A stretch of 64,000 nt of DNA, from the NCBI GenBank assembly GCA_965261125.1, contig CBDHCS010000003.1:460801-524800 (forward strand). The letters run 5' to 3'. Below, piece by piece: positions 39,219 through 49,572 of this stretch. Made by a program: the position numbers and the translations under genes. Under the pieces are notes generated by a model. It searched no databases. It was given only the letters and a program-made list of their open reading frames with translations, and was not told where the DNA came from. Position 1 is the first letter of the stretch. The number at the start of each line of letters is the position of its first letter. The stretch is from Candidatus Poribacteria bacterium (lineage in GTDB: Bacteria; Poribacteria; WGA-4E; WGA-3G).

Positions 39219-40115
39219 CTAACGTTTTTTCTTCAGATCACCCCAGACCGTTGGCAATTTCTGAATAGGTTCAACACTTAGACCAATACCAGATTCATAA
39301 TTGCGGATCACTTCTTCATGCGTAAGGGCCCGATCATAAATCCGCACATCATCAAAAACGCCTTGAAAAAAGCCTAATACATCCTTACCGTTATCATTCA
39401 CAGCACCGAGAAAAATAGGTAGTGTATAGGGTTTGTTATTTTTAACGAATCTACAAGAATCAAATCTCGGATAAATTTTCTCACTATCAAGATAGAGAGC
39501 CTTTTTATAACAGGACTCACCAACTATATGCCTTCTCTGATCCAACTCTTCTTGATTAGATATCCAAGTTGTAAAAACAATGTGGTGCCACTCACCATCT
39601 GAAACGGGTTGATACCATCCAGAGGAAATGCCACCACACCCATTCCCCGATTTTATAGCATTATGTTTATACATATAATCTTCTTTGGTCTCATATACGG
39701 TGTGTCCTACTTTTGGCAAAGTATTAATGAGGATTCCATAACCCATGTTATTATTACCACCACATTCATTGACTTTATAGATTGCACTCCAGTGTTTCTT
39801 ATGGCTTGTTTTAAACCATGCTTCAAAAGTATATGGACCGATTCGACTTCCAAAATTGCCTACGTTTGGCAAACTCACATAATCCCCAACACCATCTAAT
39901 TCAAGTCCTTGTTTTAGGTATCCACCGACTATTTTGGGGTTTCCCACAATCGTTGCATCGTTTTCACCCCAAACATCCTCTACTGTTTTATCGTTAATAT
40001 TGGTTCGATCAAAAGTCCAATAACTCACGAGCTCATCTGTTACGATAGTCTTTGCAGATACATTGACAGTGAGCGTCCAACCAAGGACTGTGAATAGTAA
40101 CATGAGCCTTTTCAT
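39219..40115 (-). CDS. secreted LamG/concanavalin-A-like lectin domain protein
   Basis: An AAGGAGG ribosome-binding site precedes ATG 40115 (MKRLMLLFTVLGWTLTVNVSA signal peptide). The LamG-like core reads YWTFD...LELDGVGDYVSLP...FEAWFK. Confidence 0.7.
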   Translation of the reverse strand: MKRLMLLFTVLGWTLTVNVSAKTIVTDELVSYWTFDRTNINDKTVEDVWGENDATIVGNPKIVGGYLKQGLELDGVGDYVSLPNVGNFGSRIGPYTFEAWFKTSHKKHWSAIYKVNECGGNNNMGYGILINTLPKVGHTVYETKEDYMYKHNAIKSGNGCGGISSGWYQPVSDGEWHHIVFTTWISNQEELDQRRHIVGESCYKKALYLDSEKIYPRFDSCRFVKNNKPYTLPIFLGAVNDNGKDVLGFFQGVFDDVRIYDRALTHEEVIRNYESGIGLSVEPIQKLPTVWGDLKKKR

Positions 40116-40140
40116 AATAATGCCTCCTTTACTGGCAGAA

Positions 40141-40318
40141 TCTGAACCAGGATTTTCAGGATTATCGGATTTCCAGGATTGTTGTGGGATATATGATTTT
40201 GATTGGATACACCTCAATGATTTATGAATCCATTGTATTTCTCTTGGAAATGCCCGTTATCTATGCAGATATTCTAATCCTGTAAATCTGCTAATCCTGT
40301 CCATCCTGGTTCAGACAA
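40141..40318. repeat. inverted pair of AATCCTGGTTCAGACAA-family repeats flanking ~95 bp
   Basis: TCTGAACCAGGATTTTCAGGATTATCGGATTTCCAGGATT (40141-40180) and TAATCCTGTAAATCTGCTAATCCTGTCCATCCTGGTTCAGACAA (40275-40318). Confidence 0.65.
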
Positions 40319-40322
40319 AATA

Positions 40323-41312
40323 TCAATCTGAATACGCCTTTTTGAGTTCACCCCACCGCACTGATTGCTTGCCCGCCGGAGAGACAGCATAAGCACCGCT
40401 AACCCAATCTTCACCCCATTTATCACCGGGACCATGCGTCAACTGCCTGATGTGCTTCGTTGCAATATCATACCGATAGAGTTGCTCAAAATGATTTGGC
40501 TTGTCCCAATGCGCGAAATCAATCGCACTGAAAAGCACTGACTTGCTCCTATTCATCCAAGCAACAGAACCAGGTGTCCAATTTTTCGGAATAGCCAACC
40601 TCCGGGGAGTGCTACCATCCGCGTTGCGTATAATGTATCGGTATGTGCCTGCATGACGAAGCAGTCCATCCTTTTTGTGCAGGTCTGTTTCGGTATACAG
40701 AATATGTCGACCGGTTGGTGACCACCTCGGGCTATAGGGAACCATAGTTTTATTTAGGGGTATCCAAGGGCGAGCGTCTGTGCCATCGACGTTCATTATC
40801 CAAAGGTTGAATTCCTCCCACTGAAATGCTACTTCATTCAAAAATATAATTTGCTTTCCATCAGGCGACCAATCGATGTCACCCGTTCTGATGTTGGAAA
40901 TCTGTTGGGTATCACCGCTTTCAATGTCTATCACATGAAGACCTCTTAGACTCCTACTGACGAGAAGTTTTTTGCCATCCGGTGAAAACGCTAATCCTCT
41001 ATCACTCCCTTGGTGGCTCGTGAGTTGTCGGACATTCGTGCCATCAGCGTTCATGATGAACGTGTTACGGGTAACCCTGTTTGACGGGTCAGTGTCCTTC
41101 ACAAAGGCGATCTGTTGTCCGTCTGGAGACCAGCGCAATAATCCCACCAATTCTGGATAAGAGATAATTTTTTTTATATTTCTGCCATCATCATTCATAA
41201 CATAGATATGATATTCTCTGTCTTGGTAGGAGCAAAAAGCGATTTTCGCACTTGCAGCAGCTGTAAAGAATAAGGTAAGATTTAAGCATAGAATTATTTG
41301 AAGTACGCGCAT
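40323..41312 (-). CDS. secreted TolB-like PD40 beta-propeller protein
   Basis: An AAGGAG ribosome-binding site precedes ATG 41312 (MRVLQIILCL... signal peptide). Repeated SPDGK(K/Q) PD40 repeats follow. Confidence 0.7.
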   Translation of the reverse strand: MRVLQIILCLNLTLFFTAAASAKIAFCSYQDREYHIYVMNDDGRNIKKIISYPELVGLLRWSPDGQQIAFVKDTDPSNRVTRNTFIMNADGTNVRQLTSHQGSDRGLAFSPDGKKLLVSRSLRGLHVIDIESGDTQQISNIRTGDIDWSPDGKQIIFLNEVAFQWEEFNLWIMNVDGTDARPWIPLNKTMVPYSPRWSPTGRHILYTETDLHKKDGLLRHAGTYRYIIRNADGSTPRRLAIPKNWTPGSVAWMNRSKSVLFSAIDFAHWDKPNHFEQLYRYDIATKHIRQLTHGPGDKWGEDWVSGAYAVSPAGKQSVRWGELKKAYSD

Positions 41313-41791
41313 TGTTGTTCTCCTTGATTGATATTGCTGTTTTCCTAACATATTTCTAAAGTTTGAACAATTTATATCTGCCTTATGCTGAGTTTTCAAG
41401 TCCTTTTCTATTTTTCTGTGAGTTTCACACATTGGGGAACTCCGAGGAAAATGCTGCACACTAATGGGTCGTGCTTCCCGCCCCGCTGAAAGAAAATTGT
41501 CCAAACTATAGTAACATACATGCAATTTATGTGCCATTCCGAAACCGCTGAATGCTTAGAGATTTTGTCCTAAAAAAGGAAACCCCTGCACAATAACGTG
41601 CAGGGGGTGTTCATGCTGCACAAAATGGGGCATTAGGTTTCCCGCTATATGTCTGAACCAAAGGAGCTGAATACCACGCGCGCATTTAGTGTTGATTCCG
41701 ACCTTGGGTAAATATTGAAAAAAACGCGAAAACTGCATGGCAAGACGGATTTATACGTAATTTTATTCCAGAGAGACACTACGCTCAAATA

Positions 41792-42973
41792 TTAAACCAC
41801 TTCCATCCATACCCCCGGAACAAATCCCGGATACTTTCCTTCACTAAACGCCGGATAATATTCACCCTCTCCACTGAAATCGTGGATTGTCTCTCCGCCA
41901 TCCGCATTGGGAATATGTACTCTGCACGTATAATCACTTTGGTGGAACAGCTGCTGCGGTGTCGGTGCAGATTTTTCAACGCGATATGATACCAATGCAT
42001 CTTCATCCACTGAAACGCCCAATCCAGGTGAGTCAGGAACGTTGATCGTCCCATCAACGACTTCAAGTCGTGTTTCAAGCAGGTCCGATTCCCACAACTC
42101 ATGGCACGTAATCGCTGGCAATTCAGCTTGCGAAAGCACAGCACCAAGATGCACACAATATGCCGTTGTAATGCCTGTGCCGACCATCTGTAGCCAGAAC
42201 GGTTGTTCAAACGAAGCACAGAGAGCGTTGGTACGCAGCAGTGAATTGACACTACCTCCGACAACAAACCCGCCACAACAACGCGCATGCAAACAGGATT
42301 CATTGTAATGCTCTACGATACGTTTTTGAACAGCCTCTTGCAACCTTGCCGCACCTTCAATATCTGTTCCGAGGTAGAACGGACTTTCGTAGATCGCAAC
42401 ATTCGGATGTTCATCTAACTTCTGTAAAACGGGAATAGCGTTATCCGCTGTTAGCAGGAAGCCGTTGAAGTCAATATCAAGTTTGTAGTCTGCTGGTACT
42501 GCGTTGCCGACTGCATCAACTTGTGCAAAGATGTCTCGCCAAGGTCTCGCTTTGAGTTTGGCAGATGTATAACCTCTTTTGACAGATTCCTGCACTTCTG
42601 CAACCCAATCCTCTGGCGGCATGTCAATGTCCCACCATGAAATCGGACACTTTTCACGCACCTTCGGACCAATCAGGCCAGATACAGGGACACCAACCGT
42701 TTTACCGACAGCATCATATAGTGACATCTGAATGCCAAACCCGACACCATCATCGTTCATACACGCAAATGGATTTTGTCCTACTAATCGTTCAATATTA
42801 CCTGATTCATCCGATAAGTTTTCACCATATCCCACAACCCCATTGCTAAGTTCAACGCGATAAACGTGAACTCGTTCTCCGTGCGTTGCTGCTCGGTGCA
42901 TGTGCCGACTGACACGATCACAATAGAATGGAACATTCAACGTTATTGTTTCAAGATGTTTGATGCTAAGCAT
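41792..42973 (-). CDS. enolase-superfamily enzyme (mandelate racemase/muconate-lactonizing family; sugar-acid dehydratase-like)
   Basis: 393 aa with a strong AGGAGG ribosome-binding site. KLDIDFNGF and downstream D/E ligands fit the MR/MLE barrel domain. Confidence 0.65.
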   Translation of the reverse strand: MLSIKHLETITLNVPFYCDRVSRHMHRAATHGERVHVYRVELSNGVVGYGENLSDESGNIERLVGQNPFACMNDDGVGFGIQMSLYDAVGKTVGVPVSGLIGPKVREKCPISWWDIDMPPEDWVAEVQESVKRGYTSAKLKARPWRDIFAQVDAVGNAVPADYKLDIDFNGFLLTADNAIPVLQKLDEHPNVAIYESPFYLGTDIEGAARLQEAVQKRIVEHYNESCLHARCCGGFVVGGSVNSLLRTNALCASFEQPFWLQMVGTGITTAYCVHLGAVLSQAELPAITCHELWESDLLETRLEVVDGTINVPDSPGLGVSVDEDALVSYRVEKSAPTPQQLFHQSDYTCRVHIPNADGGETIHDFSGEGEYYPAFSEGKYPGFVPGVWMEVV

Positions 42974-43249
42974 GTTGTGCCTCCTAATTTTTAGATTGTT
43001 GTGAATTGTAGCATATTCTCAAAATAATCGGTTAAGAAATTTGAAGAAAACCGAAGAAAGCTACAACAAAGGAAAGAGAATCTAAATCTGTTTTACCGTA
43101 AGAATCACAACGCGCCTTTGAAAATATTAACACACCCGTATGTTCTATATCAGTTGACATGCCTCCTATTTGTTGGTATAATTTCAAGTATGTATCCAAT
43201 ATTGAAGTACATTTACCTTGTTATATTTTTTGGAGGCGATAAGCACGTT

Positions 43250-44113
43250 ATGCCAAAAATTTCTCCTTTTTTTGTCTCAAATGAACTGTTAGATCAACCT
43301 GAAAAACTCCGTGAACGAGCTCAGCAAGATGGCTATCTCTTTTTTCATCAGTTAATTGATGAAGAATCCATATACAACTTGCGCAGGGATTTCTTAGAGA
43401 TTTGCCACAGACATGGATGGGCGCAAGGCGGTGCAACACTGATGGAAGGTATACGCACGGGTGGACCATTTATGGAAGGTGATGATGGATATTGGCCCGT
43501 GTTAGACGAATTCCAATCTCTTGAATCGTTTCATGCGTTTGCACATCATCCTGCAGTTTTGGATATGTGCGACAAATTGTTTGGCGAAAAGACACTGGTG
43601 CATCCGCGGAATATCGGAAGAATTATGTTCCCAGAAAACACAAAGTATACAACCCCTGCACATCAAGACTTTATCCATATACGAGGCACAGAAGAGACCT
43701 ATACAGGTTGGATTCCACTGGGTGCGTGTCCTGAATATATGGGCGGATTATCTGTTTTAGCTGGATCCCATCGGTCTGGGATTTATCCCGTGAAGCCAGC
43801 GTTAGGCGCAGGCGGGCTCGGGATTGACACCGATCCGTTAGAAGCGAACGGATTGCACTGGGTTGGCGGAGATTACAAGATAGGTGATGCTATTTTCTTC
43901 CATAGCCATACCGTTCACAAAGCACTGCCAAATCAGTCACCTGATCGCATACGCTTATCAGTGGATTATCGGTATCAAGGTTGCTCACAAGCTGTTACAG
44001 AAGGTTCACTTTTACCACATTTCAATCGGATGCCGTGGGATGAGATTTATAATGGATGGGAATCCACACAATATCAGTATTATTGGAATAATTTTGATCT
44101 TAATCGGGTGTAA
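43250..44113 (+). CDS. phytanoyl-CoA dioxygenase (PhyH)-family Fe(II)/2-oxoglutarate oxygenase
   Basis: The start is taken at MPKISPFF (ATG 43250), inside the longer ORF-track call that begins at 43118. The HxD...H facial triad is HQDFIHIRG ... HSHTVHKALPN. Confidence 0.65.
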   Translation: MPKISPFFVSNELLDQPEKLRERAQQDGYLFFHQLIDEESIYNLRRDFLEICHRHGWAQGGATLMEGIRTGGPFMEGDDGYWPVLDEFQSLESFHAFAHHPAVLDMCDKLFGEKTLVHPRNIGRIMFPENTKYTTPAHQDFIHIRGTEETYTGWIPLGACPEYMGGLSVLAGSHRSGIYPVKPALGAGGLGIDTDPLEANGLHWVGGDYKIGDAIFFHSHTVHKALPNQSPDRIRLSVDYRYQGCSQAVTEGSLLPHFNRMPWDEIYNGWESTQYQYYWNNFDLNRV

Positions 44114-44193
44114 TAATTGATGAAAATGCGCGGATATTGCTACTAATAGTTGAAGATTATTATTATCAACAGGCACAGGAAAAAGGCATAATT

Positions 44194-44640
44194 ATGCGAA
44201 ATACTATACTTTCATTTATAGGTTTAACTATCTTGACCGCAGTAAATCTTATGGGATGCAACCGAGAGATAATTGAATTGATGCCGATCAAAGATGTTGA
44301 GATAATCACAACAGCAATAGACCTACCGGAGGCTCCGGACGTTTTTGCCATTTCCGTTTTGGTTATTGGAACACTATCAGCGGATAACTGTATTGAAAAC
44401 TATCAAATAGAGCCTGGTATTATGCCTCATGTATTTGATAGATACCCAATTTATTCAGATGGAGACACAATTTTCATTGAGATCAAACAGACGATAATGG
44501 GAGGGAACGTTCTGGGAGGAAATGCTCATTGTGATCTAGCAAGTCCATATTATATTGATATGATTTTTCTTGGATACTGTAAACCAGGGGAATATACAAT
44601 TGATGTGAACGGATACACTGAGACATTTAGTGTTGTATGA
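44194..44640 (+). CDS. putative lipoprotein
   Basis: Signal peptide plus lipobox-like LMGC at the N-terminus (MRNTILSFIGLTILTAVNLMGC). Confidence 0.5.
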   Translation: MRNTILSFIGLTILTAVNLMGCNREIIELMPIKDVEIITTAIDLPEAPDVFAISVLVIGTLSADNCIENYQIEPGIMPHVFDRYPIYSDGDTIFIEIKQTIMGGNVLGGNAHCDLASPYYIDMIFLGYCKPGEYTIDVNGYTETFSVV

Positions 44641-44908
44641 TGTGTTGGTCTATAGTGTCTCTTGTTTGTCTTGCAAAAAGGATTAGGTGCACTTGAACCT
44701 AATTGAAGAAATAGTTAGTTCAATATAAATGTCGGACGCACATTCATCAAGCGCAATTTATCGCAACTCTCACATTCAATATGTCTAATAAATCACAGAA
44801 ATGCAACATCATTATTTAGAATTGGTATAATATTCATTACACCTTTCATTTTATGTACTGTTTGAACATAAGCAAAAAAACACAAAATACATCAAGGAAC
44901 AACGACCT

Positions 44909-45988
44909 TTGTCTAAAAGAATTCTCTTTCTCATAATTGCATTTAGTATAGTTATAGCATTACCATCCTATGCCGAGAATTACACAGGTGATTTTCTGAC
45001 AAACGGCATCGGGGCACGCGCCCTTGGGCTTGGCGGCGCTTATGTTAGCATCGCTGACGATGCTACTGCTACCTACTGGAATCCCGCGGGAATAGCAGGC
45101 GTTCCGCAAAAGTATCAAGTCTGTATGATGCATGCGACACGCCGCTCTGGATTAGGGGCATTTAGTTATGTCAGCAGCATCGGAAAAATATTACCACAAC
45201 TGACGCTCGGTCTGTCATGGATTCGCGCTGGTATTGACGACATCCCTATCTATTACGATGTGCCAGCGTTTGATCCCGCAATTAGTGCTGACCAACGCAA
45301 AAACGACCCGAAATACCGACCACGAGAAGAGGACTTCACACCTTCGGGGTATCTTAACGATAGTGAAAACGCTTTTGTGCTGTCCCTTGCAACACGTTTA
45401 GCCATCAGTCAATCGTGGTGGGATAACTTCGGTAGAGATTCTGTTCCACCTGAATTTCTGTTCGGTCTAAATGTGAAGGGAATCTTTCAGAATTTCAACG
45501 GGGTGGGTGATCTTGACGAGGTTACTTCCGTGTTCTCAACTTACGGAAGTCGCGGATACGGTTTTGATGCGGGTATGTTAATACGTCTACCAGATATGAA
45601 TGCACTTTTCGGTTTGGAAAATGCAGGTGGATTTGCTTTCGGTATGAATCTCCAAGATATATCACAGACAACTTTGACGTGGAACACCTTACCCGCTCTC
45701 AAAGAATCAATACCAGCAAATTTCAATATAGGTCTTGCATATTTTACCAAACTTCTTTTCAATCGAGAATTAATTCTCTCCTATCAATGGCAAGAACGTT
45801 ATGGTGGACAAACACATCTCGGCATAGAATATCATCTCAGCCCTCCGTTAGCACTGCGCATTGGTTACCGCGACACTCGGTTGACAAGTGGAGTCGGTAT
45901 CCAGCTCAAAAAGTTTCGACTTGATTACGCGCTGCTTCTTGGCGATCTAATTAATACACATTTTTTGAGCGTGCTGTGGACTTTTTAA
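44909..45988 (+). CDS. FadL/PorV-like outer-membrane beta-barrel protein
   Basis: The start codon is TTG. After a signal peptide comes the N-terminal GARALGLGGAYVSIADDATATYWNPAGIA motif of the FadL/TodX/PorV superfamily. The protein ends in C-terminal aromatic residues. Confidence 0.6.
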   Translation: MSKRILFLIIAFSIVIALPSYAENYTGDFLTNGIGARALGLGGAYVSIADDATATYWNPAGIAGVPQKYQVCMMHATRRSGLGAFSYVSSIGKILPQLTLGLSWIRAGIDDIPIYYDVPAFDPAISADQRKNDPKYRPREEDFTPSGYLNDSENAFVLSLATRLAISQSWWDNFGRDSVPPEFLFGLNVKGIFQNFNGVGDLDEVTSVFSTYGSRGYGFDAGMLIRLPDMNALFGLENAGGFAFGMNLQDISQTTLTWNTLPALKESIPANFNIGLAYFTKLLFNRELILSYQWQERYGGQTHLGIEYHLSPPLALRIGYRDTRLTSGVGIQLKKFRLDYALLLGDLINTHFLSVLWTF

Positions 45989-47215
45989 TCAGATTTTGGG
46001 TTGGATAAATCTGGTTGACTTCTAAGGAATATCACCAGTGGGGATACCATCAACGGCACTATCACTAACCAATCCAGCACAATAGGTAATCCGTACTTAT
46101 CAGCCAAAGCACCGACAATTAAATTTAATAATCCACCCACTCCCCACGATGCACCCATCATAAAACTTGATGCGATATTCTCATGCCCGCGCAGCATCAT
46201 TTGTGCTAAGATAATGTTAATTGTTACTGAGCTCGTAAGGGCCACGTTACCTAAAAAAAGAAGCACAAGGAAAGCGGCGCCGTTGGTATGAAGTGAGGCG
46301 TAGAGCAGTGGCGGTGCAACGACAAGTGAAATCAGCAGCAAGACCAGCGTATTCACCCTGCTTAGAAACCAACCATTTCCCAGGATACCCACTGAACCGG
46401 CAAAGATATAGAGCGCAAGAACTAATGACCGCTTTTGGTCAGAATAGTCCAGATCATCAAGGTAAATAGAGAGAAAATTTTCTAATCCGGCAATTGTAAG
46501 TGTTCGGAGCGATGCAATAACAAATAGCATAATGAGAGGCAAGAGGTAAGGTCGAGCGACTCTCCAAAAAGATTCACGTATGGAATTGGCATTATCTGAT
46601 AATACGCGTGCAGATGCGGTTAAATCAAGTTCGTGTTCAAATTTCAATACAAACGGAATAAATAGTGCGACAAGGACCCCTGGTATCATCTCCCAGACTA
46701 AATGGCTTAACCCAAAACGGTATGGAATGTATAAGAGGACTAGCGGCCCAAGGGCGCGACCAATATTGCCACCTGTGAGAAAAATAGAAATACCCATTCC
46801 TCTTGTTTCTGCGGCAAGTGCGCCAGCATAAGTCGTCGCTTGTGGATGAAATGCGGCAACACCTGTACCTCCAATGGCTAACAACAGGTACAATATAAAT
46901 GGTGAAGGTGCCACTACCACTAGACTTAATCCCACTGCAGTCAAAGCAACACCGAATGTTAGGAAATGGACTGTCCGCACCCTATCCGAAAGCCAACCGA
47001 AGAGTATCTGTCCGAGAGAACTGAAAATGTAAAAAAGTGCAATAAGGATACCTGCAAAACTGTTCTTTGCAGTTGCTGGGGCTAATCTGCTTGTCAACTT
47101 TGGAAGAATATGCGATAAGAGTGTTGCGTAAGAATCAAGGACGGTATGTGTGAATGTGAGAAAGAAAAACTGGTTACGTGTGGATGAATTCGAAGGGTCC
47201 AAGTCATTTTTCATA
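45985..47215 (-). CDS. MFS transporter
   Basis: Multiple TM helices. The likely start is the ATG at ~47215 (MKNDLDPS...), not the ORF-track extension to 47379. Confidence 0.75.
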
Positions 47216-47449
47216 GTATTGAAAATTACAATTATTAAATATTTTATAGGCACGCCAGTGAAATTAGCCGTTGGTATTCGGGCAATGTCTACATAATTCA
47301 GATTATTCTGTAGTTTCAGTTGTGATTCTTCTGTATTAACTCTGCACATCTGATTAGTCAAACTGTATACTAATACCAAATCAACTTAATTAGAGATTCC
47401 TAAGAGAGTCAGTATTGCGAGGTACAGAAACCTCACAATACAAGTCAGG

Positions 47450-47914
47450 TTAATTTGGCATTAGATCAATTCTCGCGTTTAAATGTGCATATCCTCCTGA
47501 ATCTTTAGAGATTTCCTGAGAGATATTAGTCACTTTTACATCAACTTCGTCACCCTGAGTGAGATTATCGGATATTTTTGAAGTATGGATCATTCCTGTA
47601 ATCCCTTCTTCTATCTCAACGAAAACTCCAAACTTTTGCAATTTTGTAACATAACCGGTAACTATTGTGCCGATAGGGTAATTCTGTTCTAATTGATTAA
47701 AGTTTTTAGAACTTAGCGTTATCTCATTTCTTTCACAATTAATATCAATAACTACTACTTCAACAATATCTCCAATTGAAAATACTTCTGCGGGATGATT
47801 TACGCTTTTCCAATCCAATTCGGATCTGTGAATGAATCCATCAACGTCATCGTTGAGGACAATAATCGCACCAGAATCAGTGATCCTAGTGATTTTCCCT
47901 TTGACTTTTTGCAA
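47450..47914 (-). CDS. tandem S1 RNA-binding domain protein
   Basis: 154 aa with two S1-like OB segments (GKITRITDSGAIIVL...GFIHRSEL and GTIVTGYVTKLQKFGVFVEIEEGITGMIH). Confidence 0.7.
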   Translation of the reverse strand: MQKVKGKITRITDSGAIIVLNDDVDGFIHRSELDWKSVNHPAEVFSIGDIVEVVVIDINCERNEITLSSKNFNQLEQNYPIGTIVTGYVTKLQKFGVFVEIEEGITGMIHTSKISDNLTQGDEVDVKVTNISQEISKDSGGYAHLNARIDLMPN

Positions 47915-47985
47915 AACCTCAAAGATATCGTATAACTCAAGTTCTGATTCTTCTGATGTAAAAGATTCGTTATTAAGATCGTCTT

Positions 47986-49038
47986 CTAAATCAATGTTAG
48001 TAACACCAGTCTCTTGCTAACTGAAACAACTTCGGATGAATGATTTAATGTTTCGCTATTGTTACTGATAAATTCATCGCGAATAGTTACTACTTTGTGT
48101 TTTTCTTTATGGGCATCGATCCACTCAAGAACCTCGACCATGTGGTATAAGCAGGTCCTGGTGTATTCTGGATCAATATCCTCTGTGTCAGTATGTACAA
48201 CTAGGTTTCGAGATTCACCTATCAGTCCTATTCTACTCCGAACATCCCTGTTGGGATCGAAATGGGAAGCAAAGGCACATTCCCATCTTGCTCTGAATAA
48301 GTGGGGGACACTCACAATATCTATGTCAGATTCGGTTTTGACTCTCTTTTCTCCGTTTTTAATTGGAGTATTCTTTAGTTTATTCGCCATAAAACTTCGT
48401 ATCGCAGGAAAATAGTTCTGATAGATAGCCAAATAAAGTACGTGTTGGTTGGGAAATTTTACCGTATTGATATCTGAAGAATCCGATTTATGTTTCAGTG
48501 CATCAGGTTTATCAACATTCGATCCGCTGGTAGATTCCAAGTCCGAGGTTTTCCCTTGATCAACGTGCCCATTACCTTGATGATTTTCACGTAGTCTCAA
48601 TGATTCGGAGATTTCCTTTACATCCGATAGAAGATCATCTTCACGCGGCTGTTCCCTCACTACTTTGAAGCCGAAATGTTCTCCTATAACTGACAAAGTG
48701 TCATAGTCTAAACGTTGATCAACTTCTGCTGGCACATTTAATTCCCTTAAAGACTTAATCAAATCTATTAGTTGTAATTTAAGTAATGATGCTAGTGAAC
48801 CGATTGTAGATCCTTCTAAAATCTGCAACGGAGCTTCGGACGATTTCTCTCTTTTTGATGCGATTTTAACTTCTTTTTCTTGTTTAGGGGCTAAATTGGA
48901 TTCAACTGACATAATTGTTTCTGGATCTAAAGTAGACATGTGGTTTTTTACGTTAACGCCTGAGTCGATTAATTTCTTAATGAGTATTTTACTACTTAAT
49001 CCATGTTTTTTTGCCAATTCATAAACTCTCATATTCAT
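47986..49038 (-). CDS. protein with two IF2-N-type domains and C-terminal HEPN-like (Rx4H) domain
   Basis: An AAGGAG ribosome-binding site precedes the ATG. Residues 3-40 (VYELAKKHGLSSKILIKKLIDSGVNVKNHMSTLD) match the IF2_N signature. A second IF2 N2-like segment follows (TIGSLASLL...IKSLRELNVPAEVDQRLDYDTLSVIGEHFGFKV). The C-terminus has ESRNLVVHT, an R-x4-H HEPN motif. Confidence 0.6.
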   Translation of the reverse strand: MNMRVYELAKKHGLSSKILIKKLIDSGVNVKNHMSTLDPETIMSVESNLAPKQEKEVKIASKREKSSEAPLQILEGSTIGSLASLLKLQLIDLIKSLRELNVPAEVDQRLDYDTLSVIGEHFGFKVVREQPREDDLLSDVKEISESLRLRENHQGNGHVDQGKTSDLESTSGSNVDKPDALKHKSDSSDINTVKFPNQHVLYLAIYQNYFPAIRSFMANKLKNTPIKNGEKRVKTESDIDIVSVPHLFRARWECAFASHFDPNRDVRSRIGLIGESRNLVVHTDTEDIDPEYTRTCLYHMVEVLEWIDAHKEKHKVVTIRDEFISNNSETLNHSSEVVSVSKRLVLLTLI

Positions 49039-49209
49039 GTATGTTCTCCTTTAGTTTATTTTGTTAGGACCTATGCAATTCCCTGGGATGTGCGGTTAGG
49101 AAACCGCACCTACCGCTTGATAATAGGGGTAATTCCGTGCTATGTGCAAGTCCTGTTGTCTCGGTTTACTTGTTACTTGTATATTTTAGTTTTGTTCAAT
49201 GATCAGAAT

Positions 49210-49467
49210 TTATTTAAAGATAGCAACGACAACAGAGATGATCAGTGCCCCGATGGCACATGCGGTGACTATCCAGCTGCGCATCCCTGCAATCGCACTT
49301 TGCTTGCCTTTGAGTTCTGATATACCGTTCTCAACATCACGAAGTCTTGTATCCATCCCATCTAAACGTTGATTGACTTCTGTAAAACGTTGATTGACTT
49401 CTGCAAAGTCTGCTTTGACTTGATCAAAACCGTCTTTCATCAGTTGATAGAGTTCTTCATTTGTCAT
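49210..49467 (-). CDS. small tail-anchored coiled-coil membrane protein (XhlA-like)
   Basis: 85 aa with a strong AAGGAGG ribosome-binding site. The N-terminus is a heptad coiled coil and the C-terminus a single TM (WIVTACAIGALIISVVVAIF). Confidence 0.6.
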   Translation of the reverse strand: MTNEELYQLMKDGFDQVKADFAEVNQRFTEVNQRLDGMDTRLRDVENGISELKGKQSAIAGMRSWIVTACAIGALIISVVVAIFK

Positions 49468-49572
49468 TTTTCCCTCCTTTGGCTTCTCACCAGTGTTGTC
49501 GGTCGAGATTCAATTCTCGCTGCGACAAGGTTGTTGTAGGTGAGAGTCCCACTCAGTAATTGATAACATATT

